From Bacillota bacterium (GTDB lineage: Bacteria; Bacillota; Clostridia; Peptostreptococcales; Anaerovoracaceae), in NCBI GenBank assembly GCA_017397005.1, contig JAFQKJ010000140.1, forward strand, positions 7,027 through 71,026: DNA of 64,000 bases. Direction: 5' to 3'. How positions within the stretch are numbered: the stretch's first letter is position 1; each line of letters starts with the position of its first letter. The notes under the pieces are model-generated. The model did not search any database. It worked only from the letters and a program-made list of their open reading frames with translations, and was not told where the DNA came from. The translations under genes and the position numbers were made by a program. This document shows positions 10,156 to 20,195 of the stretch, piece after piece.

Positions 10156-12987
10156 TTACTGCACTGACGTTGTGTCGCCTTCCAGTGCCTGAAGGTATCT
10201 CTGAAGCTGGTCTAAATAGTCTCCGTATGCTGCCCAGTCGCCGCTCTTCTGTGCAGCCACAGCATTATTGAATGCATCGTTGGCTTTCTGGATCAGTTCT
10301 TCCTGACTTCCTGTAACAGCACTTCCCTGGCCGTCACTGCCTTCATCGCCTTCTGCATCCGGCTCTCCTGCAGGTGCATCTACCTCACCTACATTTACAA
10401 GGCTTCCTATATCTTTACCGAAGAGAGTCTTAAGCGCTTCACCAAGAGTTTCTTCGTAAGCTATAACATCATTATATACTGCTATAACACGTTTTACTTC
10501 CGGCAGACTGCTTTCATTATCCGCCTGCAGATAAATAGGTTCTACATAAAGCAATGAATCTTCTACAGGGATAACAAATATATTTCCTCTCAGATATGTG
10601 GAACCTCTCTGGCTCCAAAGCGAGAATTCTTTTGAAATAGTCGGATCCTGGTCGATCTGTGCTTCTACCTGAGCCGGACCGTATACCGTTTCACCCTTAG
10701 GCATCCTGTATAGCTTCAATTCTCCGTAGTGTTCTCCATCACTTCTTGCAATAAGAAGTCCCGTCATATTGTTCTTGCTTATCGGAGTATAGGATATCGA
10801 TAAAACAAACTCTTCTTCAGTGCTTCCCGGCAGTGACATAATATAATAATTGGATGTCATCTTAGTCTGCTCCTGACCATAGATCTCATTTGCTATATCC
10901 CACTGATCTTCTCCCTGATAGAATACGTTTACGTCAGTCATGTGATACTTTGTATACATGTTTGCCTGGATCTCAAACAGTGCTTTAGGATATCTGATAT
11001 GCTGCTGAAGATCTTCCGGCATCTGATCTATGGATTTGAACAATTCAGGAAATACTCCTGACATTGTCATTACAAGCGGATCGGATTCATCAACGATATA
11101 GAAATCCACATCTCCGTTATACGCATCAACCACTACTTTAACTGAATTTCTGATATAGTTAAGAGTATCTGCATATGGCTCTGCATATGGGTAATAGCTG
11201 CTTGTTGTATAAGCATCCATCATCCAGAAAAGCTTTCCATCCTCTGACACTACCAAATAAGGATCTGAATCGTATGTCAAATACGGAGCGATCTTGTTTA
11301 CTCTGTCAACGATATTTCTGTCAACAAGTATCCTCGAATCAGCAGAGATATTTGTTGATACCAAGATCTTCATACTCTGTTCTCTTATAGCATATAATAC
11401 CCTGTTAAGAAGGTTCAGGTTGATTCCTGAATTTCCTTCATACTCTGTATATACATTGCTTTCCCCTAAAGGATAGTCGAACTCTTTTTCATCAGTATTT
11501 ACGATAACATAGTCATTTGTAAGTTCACCGAAATATATTTCTGGTCTTGTTATCTGTATCTCTTCAATCGAAGATTCAGGCGGAACATTTTCAATAAGAA
11601 TATCCGGCTGTCCCGAAGCAGTGATACTGTTTACTCTAGAGAGAGTAAGACCGTAACCATGAGTGTATTTCAAATGCTTAGTTATCCATTGAGAATTGAT
11701 CCTTGTTTCATCGATCTCTCTGGCAGAAAGGAATACCTGTGTATAGTCTCCATCTATCATATATCTATCAACGTCCACATCGTTGAATGTATAGTATTGT
11801 TTAATACTTTGACGCTGATTGTAGAACTGTTTTGTCGGCTCAAAATCATTTATTCTGATATTTTCAAATATAGCTTCGTTCTTTATGATGTCCTCTGCTG
11901 TAAGAGAATCATCTGCAGCAAAACTATTTTCTTCTATATCCGCTATACCATATGCCGCCTGAGTCATCTGAATATTATTATCAATATATGGACTTTCTTT
12001 TGAAATTTCGTCAGGTGCAACTATGAAATTCTGTACCAAAAGACCTACGCCGTTACCCGCAAGAGAAACAACTATCATAAGCACCGGCATTACAAGAGCC
12101 AGTTTATATTTTTTCTTTGCTATACCTACTGCAAAGAGCACCGCTGCTGCAGCTGCCATGACCATAAGAATCCTGTACTGCCACAGATATATATTAACAT
12201 CAACGAAACTTGCGCCGTATACAGTGCTTCCCTGATGGTACATGAGCTGGAACTGTTTGAGAAAATATCCCAAACCGATGACAACAAAGAATATGACTGC
12301 AAGAACTACTACCTGCCTTACCGCAAGATCAAGAAAAGCCTTCCAGTTTGATGAAAATATCTTCTTGCCCAGTCTTCTTTTATCCTGAAATATGCTTTCT
12401 CCTTCTTCCGCATATGCCTGATCATAAGCATTTTGGAAAAGCTTAGGTCTTCTTACAGACATAAGAAATGCATAATAAATGACAGTTACAACCAAAAGCA
12501 TTACTATTAATGTAGTTGCAATGCTGTATATTTGATTAGCTAAAGGAAGAGTGAATATATATGTGCTTATATCAAGACCAAACAGAGGATCATCTAAATT
12601 GAAGTCTGTTTTGTTTATAAAGCTCATGATCTCATACCATAAAGATGTCGTTGTCATTATGGTTGCAACCAATGCAAACAAAACAGATAGTCCCCATGAT
12701 ACTTTGTTTATTGTCTTGTCTTTCACGCTGAAGCTGACTATCTCCATTTTCTTGAAATAGTCTCCGTTTATAAACTTCAAATACAGACGGATCAGCAGTG
12801 TCAGTATAACAAAACACGGTATACCCAGTTTGAGCTGAGACAAAAGTTTAGTGAAAAATACACTTACATAGCCCAGATCCTTGAACCATAAATAATCTGT
12901 ATAGAACCCTATCAGCACTCCTGCCAAAGCTCCCAGTATTAAAATAGTAATAACTATTCCCAATAAAATTTTCTTTAATTTACCCAT
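10156..12987 (-). CDS. UPF0182-family large polytopic membrane protein
   Basis: The track ORF is 961 aa. The likely true start is the ATG at 12987 (MGKLKKILLG), with GGGAG 8 nt upstream. It has N-terminal multi-TM segments with the FYTDYLWFKDLGY signature I associate with UPF0182. A large soluble domain and an acidic C-terminal tail follow. Confidence 0.7.
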   Translation of the reverse strand: MGKLKKILLGIVITILILGALAGVLIGFYTDYLWFKDLGYVSVFFTKLLSQLKLGIPCFVILTLLIRLYLKFINGDYFKKMEIVSFSVKDKTINKVSWGLSVLFALVATIMTTTSLWYEIMSFINKTDFNLDDPLFGLDISTYIFTLPLANQIYSIATTLIVMLLVVTVIYYAFLMSVRRPKLFQNAYDQAYAEEGESIFQDKRRLGKKIFSSNWKAFLDLAVRQVVVLAVIFFVVIGLGYFLKQFQLMYHQGSTVYGASFVDVNIYLWQYRILMVMAAAAAVLFAVGIAKKKYKLALVMPVLMIVVSLAGNGVGLLVQNFIVAPDEISKESPYIDNNIQMTQAAYGIADIEENSFAADDSLTAEDIIKNEAIFENIRINDFEPTKQFYNQRQSIKQYYTFNDVDVDRYMIDGDYTQVFLSAREIDETRINSQWITKHLKYTHGYGLTLSRVNSITASGQPDILIENVPPESSIEEIQITRPEIYFGELTNDYVIVNTDEKEFDYPLGESNVYTEYEGNSGINLNLLNRVLYAIREQSMKILVSTNISADSRILVDRNIVDRVNKIAPYLTYDSDPYLVVSEDGKLFWMMDAYTTSSYYPYAEPYADTLNYIRNSVKVVVDAYNGDVDFYIVDESDPLVMTMSGVFPELFKSIDQMPEDLQQHIRYPKALFEIQANMYTKYHMTDVNVFYQGEDQWDIANEIYGQEQTKMTSNYYIMSLPGSTEEEFVLSISYTPISKNNMTGLLIARSDGEHYGELKLYRMPKGETVYGPAQVEAQIDQDPTISKEFSLWSQRGSTYLRGNIFVIPVEDSLLYVEPIYLQADNESSLPEVKRVIAVYNDVIAYEETLGEALKTLFGKDIGSLVNVGEVDAPAGEPDAEGDEGSDGQGSAVTGSQEELIQKANDAFNNAVAAQKSGDWAAYGDYLDQLQRYLQALEGDTTSVQ

Positions 12988-13099
12988 CCTTAAAACTCCC
13001 TTTTTTTCAATAGTCTTAAATTGTATTATAACCCTTTTCACTATTAATTACCATTTATTTTTAACGGTTTCATCGTATAAAATATACTTTGCATATGTT

Positions 13100-13135
13100 T
13101 TTTTAATAAAAAAGCCTCCTCATAAAATGAGAAGA
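13100..13135 (-). terminator. candidate intrinsic terminator after the XRE gene
   Basis: Minus-strand hairpin UCUUCUCAU-UUU-AUGAGGAGG (with G-U pairs), followed by CUUUUUAUU. Confidence 0.4.
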
Positions 13136-13146
13136 CTCAATATCTG

Positions 13147-13542
13147 TTATCTGTTCATATTTTCTCTGAAATCTCTTTTTACTTTTAAAAAACCTGCCAG
13201 TTCTGCTTTTTCTCTGTCCGTCCAGTCAGAAAATCCTCTGAATCCTTCCAATATATCTTTAAACCCATCCACTGCTATTAATTCATTAAACAGAATTTTA
13301 GTTTCTTCATCTATAGGCGTATAGGAACTTTCTTCTTCCGAAAAGCTGTTTTCGTCCACAAAATACGATATGCTTTTGCCCAATGCCAAGGCAATATCTC
13401 TGAGCCTGTCAATAGAAGGTTTGCTGCGCTCCTTTTCTATATCTCCGAGATATGAAACCGAAATATCAGCCTTTTCTGCCAGCTTTTTCAATGTTAAATT
13501 TTGATTCTTCCTTTCGCTTCGTATTCGACTTCCTATACTCAT
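13147..13542 (-). CDS. XRE-family helix-turn-helix transcriptional regulator (131 aa)
   Basis: The N-terminal HTH_3-like segment is IGSRIRSERKNQNLTLKKLAEKADISVSYLGDIEKERSKPSIDRLRDIALALG. A C-terminal extension follows. Confidence 0.85.
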   Translation of the reverse strand: MSIGSRIRSERKNQNLTLKKLAEKADISVSYLGDIEKERSKPSIDRLRDIALALGKSISYFVDENSFSEEESSYTPIDEETKILFNELIAVDGFKDILEGFRGFSDWTDREKAELAGFLKVKRDFRENMNR

Positions 13543-13729
13543 CGGCCCTACCCCTTTATTGCACTATACCTATTTGAAGTATATCATCTTAAACTTTCCC
13601 GTTATAGCTGGATTTATACGTAATAAATCCGCAAAACCCAGAGGCATTTTGCAAAAAATATACAAAATTTACGGTATTTACGTAATTATATTTTTAGTAT
13701 AATATGTTTATATGAAAGGGGGCTATGTT

Positions 13730-13981
13730 ATGAAGACCAAAAACCGAGGCGTCGAAACAAAAGCATACAAAGACATGACTGCCTATATAAGCAAAAGACT
13801 GCTGACTGCCAGAAAAGAAAAAGGACTGTCCCAATCCAGTCTGGCCAAGGCCGCAGGATTGTCAGTGTCCTTTCTTTGCGAGATCGAGCACGGAAAAGTG
13901 CTCCCTTCTATAATAGTATATTCTGTATTATGCAGTCATCTTGATATTTCTCCCGATATACCGGTTTTAGAATACGAATAA
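13730..13981 (+). CDS. XRE-family helix-turn-helix protein (83 aa, Cro/CI-like)
   Basis: HTH segment ISKRLLTARKEKGLSQSSLAKAAGLSVSFLCEIEHGKVLPS. The track ORF starts at 13712, but the ATG at 13730 follows an AAAGGGGG Shine-Dalgarno sequence. Confidence 0.75.
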   Translation: MKTKNRGVETKAYKDMTAYISKRLLTARKEKGLSQSSLAKAAGLSVSFLCEIEHGKVLPSIIVYSVLCSHLDISPDIPVLEYE

Positions 13982-13986
13982 GACCG

Positions 13987-16900
13987 TTATTCTTTTCTGT
14001 ATTCGAACCCCGGCAGTCTGACATCAAAATTGCAAATACTTTTATATTTACAATACGAACACGCACCGGAGTCATCCGATATTTTTAACGGGCTTACATG
14101 TACACTGCCTTTTGTAAACTCGTTACAAAGATATTCGGTTTTTTGGGCGGTGCTTTGCATCAGTTCATAAAATTCTGTTTTAGTCAAAGCAGAAAAATCT
14201 CCTGTGCCCTTCACAGATCCATCTTTGAGCTTTCTAACCCTGACGATTTGCGAAAATCCTTTAAAATCCTGATCCAGGATTTCTATTATTTCCGGTTCAT
14301 TTACAACGATCCCTTCCATCTTAAAAGATTTTTTGAAATTCGTATCTAAAAATCCTTCAAAATCTTCAAGGTCTTTAGGCTTTGCGCTGTTACCGTCTGC
14401 TACAGGTTCATGTATATGGAAATAAAACACTCCGGCCGGAGCCACATCTGAATAAATCTTTCCCGCAGCTCCCATAGCCGCTGTCATATACAGCATAAGC
14501 TGCATCTTATAACCCGACAGTACTTCACTTCTGCTTACCTTTTCATCTCCGGATTTATAATCTATGACTTTAACATATGTACCGTTATCGGTTTCCGCTA
14601 CATCTATTCTGTCTATCCTTCCCTCTATTACTACTCGGCCCCCATTAGAAGTAGACACATCAATGCCGGAGAATTCCTGCCCATCCCCAAAAGGCACTTC
14701 AAAACTGAATTTGTCAAAGCCTCCTTGGCGTATATGCTCTGCTATCATATATGCTGTACTTTCACATACAGATCTTACTCTGGATATGCGGTACTCTCCC
14801 ACAGGGCCTTCAAACATCAGCCCTTTCTTGAATTCTCTTGCAGCCGCTTCTGCAAGTTCACCCATCAGCTGTGAGCAAAGAGCCTCGTCTACTTCATCCC
14901 ACATCTTTTTGTCAGATATATATTCAGAAAACTTCATGAGAGCTTCATGGAATATGGTCCCCATTTCAGGAGGCGAAATCTCAAATACCTTTCTTTCATC
15001 CGCCCTCAATCCATGTCTGAGAAAATGAGCATATGGGCATCTGGAGAATGATTCCAATGAAGTAGGACTCATCTTAGGCACTTTGCCGTAAAGCTCCGTA
15101 AAGTTTTTCGAAGAGATCCTCTCTGGATTGTTTTCAAACTTTTCCCCCATTTCTGCAAACAATACACCGCTGCTTTTTCCTGCGTGCATCTTCATATACT
15201 CCATTCGACTGTTATATGCAGCCTCTCCTTTTCGAGTCACGTCTTCAGACACAACATCAGCGGTTTCAAGTTCAGGATATATTTTATGTATCCTCCCCAG
15301 CAGCTGTGATGGATTCTGTTCCTCTCCATCTTCCGAAAGATTGCAGTAACTCATATAGAGTTTTTCTGACGGCAAAGAGAAAGTTTTATATATCTCAAGC
15401 TTTTCTCTTTCAGATCTGCTGCCGGTCTGCAGGCATATCTCACCTGCGATCTCGTTTAATTTCTTCTTTTCATGCTCACTTAAGATCTGAGTCCCGGATC
15501 CGGAAGACGGAACTGTCCCGTCATTTAATCCTGTCGCAAACAGTATCTTTATCTCTCCGAATCCCCCTGCAGTATAACCTCCCACATACACCTGATCCGC
15601 AGTCGTAGGGATAAGACTTATCTCCATAGTTTCTATTCCGCTGCGCAGCACTTCAAAGAACATATCTGAATCGCATTCTGAATCTCCAAAAATCTCAGAA
15701 AACTGTCCTAATACAGATACCATCCGGTTCCACAGCTGAACGGTAAGTCCTGCATATTCAAAATATCCCTCAGACTTCAATCTGTCGGCATCCAGAGATA
15801 TCATTTCGTCCATACCTGCAGTATCTTTAAGGTATTCAAAGAATGTTTCGCAAAACTCTTTTCCTGTCCTGCATTTTTCCATTTTCTCATACAGACAGTC
15901 CAATGCCGAAACAAGTCTTTGTCTTATATCGTTAATATGATCTATCTTACATTTTATTTCTTCCTCAGATATGCCCCGTTCATCGATTTTGTGGAAATTA
16001 TTTTTCCACACACTCCCCTTTATCCCATATCTGATGACATAGTGTTCTAAAATCTCTGCTTCGTCAGCATCAATGTTTAAAATATGAGTATGAAGGATCC
16101 TGAACAGACGATCATTGGAATTGTATATGCTCTCTTCTCCGCACAGAGCAAGAATGAACTGCATATATTTATTAAATACAGCAGATACTTTTCTTCCGTC
16201 AAAAAACTTGATACCCATATCGGAAAAATATCTGTCCATTAGCGATCCTGCATATCCCAGATCGTTTGCAGCTATCATAATATCCCGGTATCTATAACCT
16301 TCCTCATCCACAAGCCTCCTTATTTCGGACGCTATAACGGATATTTCCGCTTCTTTGTTTTCGCAGGAATAAAGCTTTACATCCGGACAAACTTTATCAT
16401 ATGCCTTTATTGGAAAAGCATAGAGTTCATTCTGAAGCCGCTTAATGTCTTCGTTCTGCTTCTTTATATATTCTTCCGGTATGTTGAAAACATTTACTTC
16501 TGTACCTATATTTCTTCCTAATGTTTTAAAATCGTTTATAGTTGCCTCCACCGGAGCAAACAGGTTATAATCCCGGCAGCCCGGCGCCGAATAAGTCAGC
16601 GATATATTTATGTCCCTCGCCTTTAAAACGACCTGCTCTATGACCGTCATCAGCCTTTTTGTGAAAAAATCAAACCCTTCCACCCAAACTGATGCATTGT
16701 CAAAAATCTCTGAATCAGGGATCTCTTCACAAAGTCTGCTTATATAATCCTCTGTATCAAAATATCTGCCTTTAAGAGCTTCCTCATAGGCACTGTATAT
16801 GACAGCTCCATCCTCAAGCTTTTTTATCAGCATACGGTCAGTATATTTTTCTTTATTCAGTGCTACTATATCCCACAGTCTTTCAGGCGACACTTTATAC

Positions 16901-17280
16901 TGCTTAAATTCCTGGATCATGCTGCCCATCATTTTGATAAACTGATTTTTTTCAGCTGCAGGAGCAAAAACGCCCAGACGCTCTTTTTTTTCAGAGATCA
17001 CCTTTCGAAGTATCATACTTCTGCCTGTATCATCTATATATTTTTTACCGGTTTTCTCTCCCACCAGTTTTAACGCAAGACGAGAAAAGCTCATGACTTG
17101 AATATCCATGAGCCCTTTTGTTTTCAATACTCTAAAGGCATCTCTTTCAGCCTCCAGCGTATACTGATCAGGCACGATAATAACAGCAGAGGACTTTCCT
17201 TCCGCTTTATACCATGCTGCTTTTTCATAAATAAATTTTCCGCGGTCCACATCTGACCTGCCGCAATACAGGTTTATCAT
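13987..17280 (-). CDS. addB: ATP-dependent helicase/deoxyribonuclease subunit B (AddB/RexB)
   Basis: About 1097 aa from the MINLYCGRS start at 17280, which forms an ATGA overlap with the upstream stop. The track ORF extends to 17355 inside the neighbouring gene. A C-terminal nuclease/Fe-S module has Cys at CPYAHFLRHG and CSYCKYKSIC, plus IDRIDV...VIDYKSG. Confidence 0.85.
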   Translation of the reverse strand: MINLYCGRSDVDRGKFIYEKAAWYKAEGKSSAVIIVPDQYTLEAERDAFRVLKTKGLMDIQVMSFSRLALKLVGEKTGKKYIDDTGRSMILRKVISEKKERLGVFAPAAEKNQFIKMMGSMIQEFKQYKVSPERLWDIVALNKEKYTDRMLIKKLEDGAVIYSAYEEALKGRYFDTEDYISRLCEEIPDSEIFDNASVWVEGFDFFTKRLMTVIEQVVLKARDINISLTYSAPGCRDYNLFAPVEATINDFKTLGRNIGTEVNVFNIPEEYIKKQNEDIKRLQNELYAFPIKAYDKVCPDVKLYSCENKEAEISVIASEIRRLVDEEGYRYRDIMIAANDLGYAGSLMDRYFSDMGIKFFDGRKVSAVFNKYMQFILALCGEESIYNSNDRLFRILHTHILNIDADEAEILEHYVIRYGIKGSVWKNNFHKIDERGISEEEIKCKIDHINDIRQRLVSALDCLYEKMEKCRTGKEFCETFFEYLKDTAGMDEMISLDADRLKSEGYFEYAGLTVQLWNRMVSVLGQFSEIFGDSECDSDMFFEVLRSGIETMEISLIPTTADQVYVGGYTAGGFGEIKILFATGLNDGTVPSSGSGTQILSEHEKKKLNEIAGEICLQTGSRSEREKLEIYKTFSLPSEKLYMSYCNLSEDGEEQNPSQLLGRIHKIYPELETADVVSEDVTRKGEAAYNSRMEYMKMHAGKSSGVLFAEMGEKFENNPERISSKNFTELYGKVPKMSPTSLESFSRCPYAHFLRHGLRADERKVFEISPPEMGTIFHEALMKFSEYISDKKMWDEVDEALCSQLMGELAEAAAREFKKGLMFEGPVGEYRISRVRSVCESTAYMIAEHIRQGGFDKFSFEVPFGDGQEFSGIDVSTSNGGRVVIEGRIDRIDVAETDNGTYVKVIDYKSGDEKVSRSEVLSGYKMQLMLYMTAAMGAAGKIYSDVAPAGVFYFHIHEPVADGNSAKPKDLEDFEGFLDTNFKKSFKMEGIVVNEPEIIEILDQDFKGFSQIVRVRKLKDGSVKGTGDFSALTKTEFYELMQSTAQKTEYLCNEFTKGSVHVSPLKISDDSGACSYCKYKSICNFDVRLPGFEYRKE

Positions 17281-18428
17281 TTTTTGTATACCACTTCTCC
17301 GTTGATTATCGTATATTTGACCTCGCTGCTGAATTCCAAAGGATCTGCATCCCATAATACGATATCCGCATCCTTGCCTTTTTCAATGCTTCCTACCCTG
17401 TCTTCAATGCCCAGTGCTCTTGCCGGATTTATGGTAAGCGCACGGAACGCATCCTCTTTTGTCATACCCGCCTTCACTGCTAAAGCTGCACATAACGGCA
17501 AATACTGAATAGGGATAACAGGATGATCTGTTATAATAGAAACTTCCACACCCTTTGAAGCAAGCACTCCCGGGGTTTCAAAAGTAAGGTTCTTTAATTC
17601 GAATTTTGCTCTTTCACTCAGGCTCGGCCCTACCAAAGCTTTTTTCCCTGAAGCTTTTATATGATCCGGGATCATATGACCCTCAGTACAATGATCAAGT
17701 GTAACGTCAAGATCGAACTCCTTTGCAAGTCTCAGCGCAGTGAATATATCATCTGCCCTGTGAACATGAGCCTTCAGCGGGATCTCCTTTTTTATTAAAG
17801 GGATCATTGCTTCCCATCTAAAGTTCAGATCAGGACGGTCATCCTCATTTTCCGCTTCTCTGCCTTTAACATATTCTTCCGCTTCCATTAAAGCTTCTCT
17901 TAAGAGTGCTGCGGTAGCCATCCTTGTCATAGGAGTCTTTCTCTGCTCATCTCCGTACACTCTTTTGGGATTTTCGCCAAAAGCACATTTGATCGCCACC
18001 GGCGATTTTATTATCATATCGTCGATGCAGATCCCCCAAGTCTTGATAGCCGCAAACTGTCCGCCTATAACATTTGAACTTCCCGGGCCGCTTCCCACAG
18101 CTGTGACCCCTGCAATGTAAGCATCTTTGAAAGTTCTGTCCATAGGATTTATCCCGTCTATAGCTCTCATTTCCGGAGTTATAGGATCCGTCATTTCATT
18201 TCCATCTGCACCTTCAAACTCGATCGCATCCTCCCACATACCCAAATGTGTATGTGCATCTATGAATCCAGGTGCAGCGATCAAGCCTTCTCCATTTATT
18301 ATACTGCATCCTTCTTCAGAAATATTTTCTGCTATCTCTGCAATTTTTCCATCCTGTATCAATATATCAGCTTTATCATGATCTTTTTCTGATGCGGTCA
18401 ATATTTTTACATTTTTAATCAGCAACAT
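17277..18428 (-). CDS. amidohydrolase-family metal-dependent hydrolase
   Basis: 383-aa ORF. The motif PGFIDAHTHLG (HxH) and the later HVHRADD and DHC segments are typical of the amidohydrolase superfamily. Substrate is unknown. Confidence 0.75.
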   Translation of the reverse strand: MLLIKNVKILTASEKDHDKADILIQDGKIAEIAENISEEGCSIINGEGLIAAPGFIDAHTHLGMWEDAIEFEGADGNEMTDPITPEMRAIDGINPMDRTFKDAYIAGVTAVGSGPGSSNVIGGQFAAIKTWGICIDDMIIKSPVAIKCAFGENPKRVYGDEQRKTPMTRMATAALLREALMEAEEYVKGREAENEDDRPDLNFRWEAMIPLIKKEIPLKAHVHRADDIFTALRLAKEFDLDVTLDHCTEGHMIPDHIKASGKKALVGPSLSERAKFELKNLTFETPGVLASKGVEVSIITDHPVIPIQYLPLCAALAVKAGMTKEDAFRALTINPARALGIEDRVGSIEKGKDADIVLWDADPLEFSSEVKYTIINGEVVYKK

Positions 18429-18439
18429 TTAAGTTCTCC

Positions 18440-19084
18440 TTAATTTTCATTTATCCATCTGATCATATCTTCCGCATTTTTTGCAATATAATCCGCATTC
18501 AATTGAATTCTTTCTTCTTCCTCTGTAACTGACCAGTCTACAAGTATAGATCTGCAGCCCGCATTTTCAGCACAAAGTATATCAAATCTGCTGTCTCCTA
18601 TCATCACGGCTTCTTCCGGAGAAAGCCCCAGCTTTTCCAATGTCACATTTATCGATTCCGGATCAGGTTTATGCCTTGTGATGTCGTCAAGGGTGGTTAT
18701 GACATCAAAGTCTTCCAAAAGACCGAATCTTTCTATCCCCGAATAGGTAGAATGCTTTAATCTGGAAGTGACAAGCGCCACTTTATATCCCTGAGATCTA
18801 AGAGTTTTAACTGCTTTGTCCATTCCCGGAAAAACCTCTATAAGATCTGCAAATCTGTCTTTTTGAAAAGCTCTGTATACATTTACGGCTTCTTGTTCGT
18901 ATTCTTTGCCGAAAAACTTTTCCATAGTAAGCCACAAAGGTTCTCCAAATGTAGCTTTTATCTGCTTTTCGTTTCCTTCATGACCGAGGAATGTTCTGAA
19001 TGTGTGCTGGTGACTTTTGATTATAAGACCGTTAGTATTTGCTAAAGTCCCGTCAAAGTCTATCATTACCGCCTTGATTTTCAT
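18440..19084 (-). CDS. HAD-superfamily hydrolase (PpaX / phosphoglycolate-phosphatase-like)
   Basis: 214-aa ORF with HAD motif I (IDFDGTLANT), motif II (VTSR) and motif IV (GDSRFD). Confidence 0.8.
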   Translation of the reverse strand: MKIKAVMIDFDGTLANTNGLIIKSHQHTFRTFLGHEGNEKQIKATFGEPLWLTMEKFFGKEYEQEAVNVYRAFQKDRFADLIEVFPGMDKAVKTLRSQGYKVALVTSRLKHSTYSGIERFGLLEDFDVITTLDDITRHKPDPESINVTLEKLGLSPEEAVMIGDSRFDILCAENAGCRSILVDWSVTEEEERIQLNADYIAKNAEDMIRWINEN

Positions 19085-19087
19085 TGT

Positions 19088-20195
19088 TTATTCCTTTACA
19101 GTTCCTTTGAGTTTTTCATTTATAAAATAATCCAGATCCCCGTCCATTACCGCATGAACATTGCCTACCTCCGCTCCGGTACGATGGTCCTTTACCATAG
19201 TATACGGATGGAATACATATGAACGTATCTGACTGCCCCATGAGATCTGACCGTAGTCTCCCTTGAGCTCATCTATCTTTTCTTTATGCTCCTGCTTAGC
19301 CAGTTCAAGAAGCTTTACTTTCAATATCTTCATCGCCATATCTTTATTTTGATGCTGGGATCTTTCATTCTGACAAGTTACCACTATATTTGTCGGCAGA
19401 TGAGTTATCCTTATGGCAGATTCGGTTTTGTTTACATGCTGTCCTCCGGCACCGCTTGATCTATAAGTGTCGATCCTAAGATCCTCTGGATTGATCTCCA
19501 GATTTATCTCATCATTTATTTCCGGCATAACATCTAAAGATGAGAAGGAAGTGTGTCTTCTGCCGGAAGAATCAAATGGAGATATCCTTACGATCCTGTG
19601 AACTCCCTTTTCATTTTTCAAATAACCGTATGCATACTCTCCTTCTATGAAGAAAGTAGCACTCTTTATACCGCCTTCAGGATCAGCCTGCATATCTACA
19701 GTCTTTACCCTATATCCTTTGGATTCTGCCCATCTCACATACATCCTCACCAGCATTTCTGCCCAGTCTTGAGCATCAGTTCCTCCGGACCCGGCATGAA
19801 TGGAAATAATAGCATTGTTTTTATCGTATTCATCTGACAGTAGGACTTTTATCGTCATAGATTCGATCTCTTTTGTAAGAGAACGATAAGTCTCTTCTAT
19901 TTCCGGGACCATAGATTCGTCCTCCGCTTCCTCTGCCAGCTCTATCAGTATTTCTACATCAGAAAAAGAAGTTTCAAGACCTTTGAACTCCTCAAGTTTT
20001 ACCTCTATAGACTTCTTTTCTTTCAATACTTTCTGGGCTGTTTCGTGATCATCCCAGAATCCTTCCGCTTCTATAGTGCGGTTTATTTCTTCAAGACGTT
20101 TCCCAAGACCTGCCAGGTCAAAGGGAAACACCCAATTCTTTTATATTTTCGGCTTTTTGTTTAAGCTCGTATTTTATTTGGTCTAACTGTACCAT
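19088..20195 (-). CDS. prfB: peptide chain release factor 2, with a programmed +1 ribosomal frameshift
   Basis: A short frame-0 ORF runs from the ATG at 20195 (MVQLDQIKYELKQKAENIKELGVSL) and ends at CTT TGA C (20123-20117). The body continues in the +1 frame (track ORF 19088-20131). It has the SPF motif (RISPFDS) and the GGQ motif (SSGAGGQHVNKT). Confidence 0.93.
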
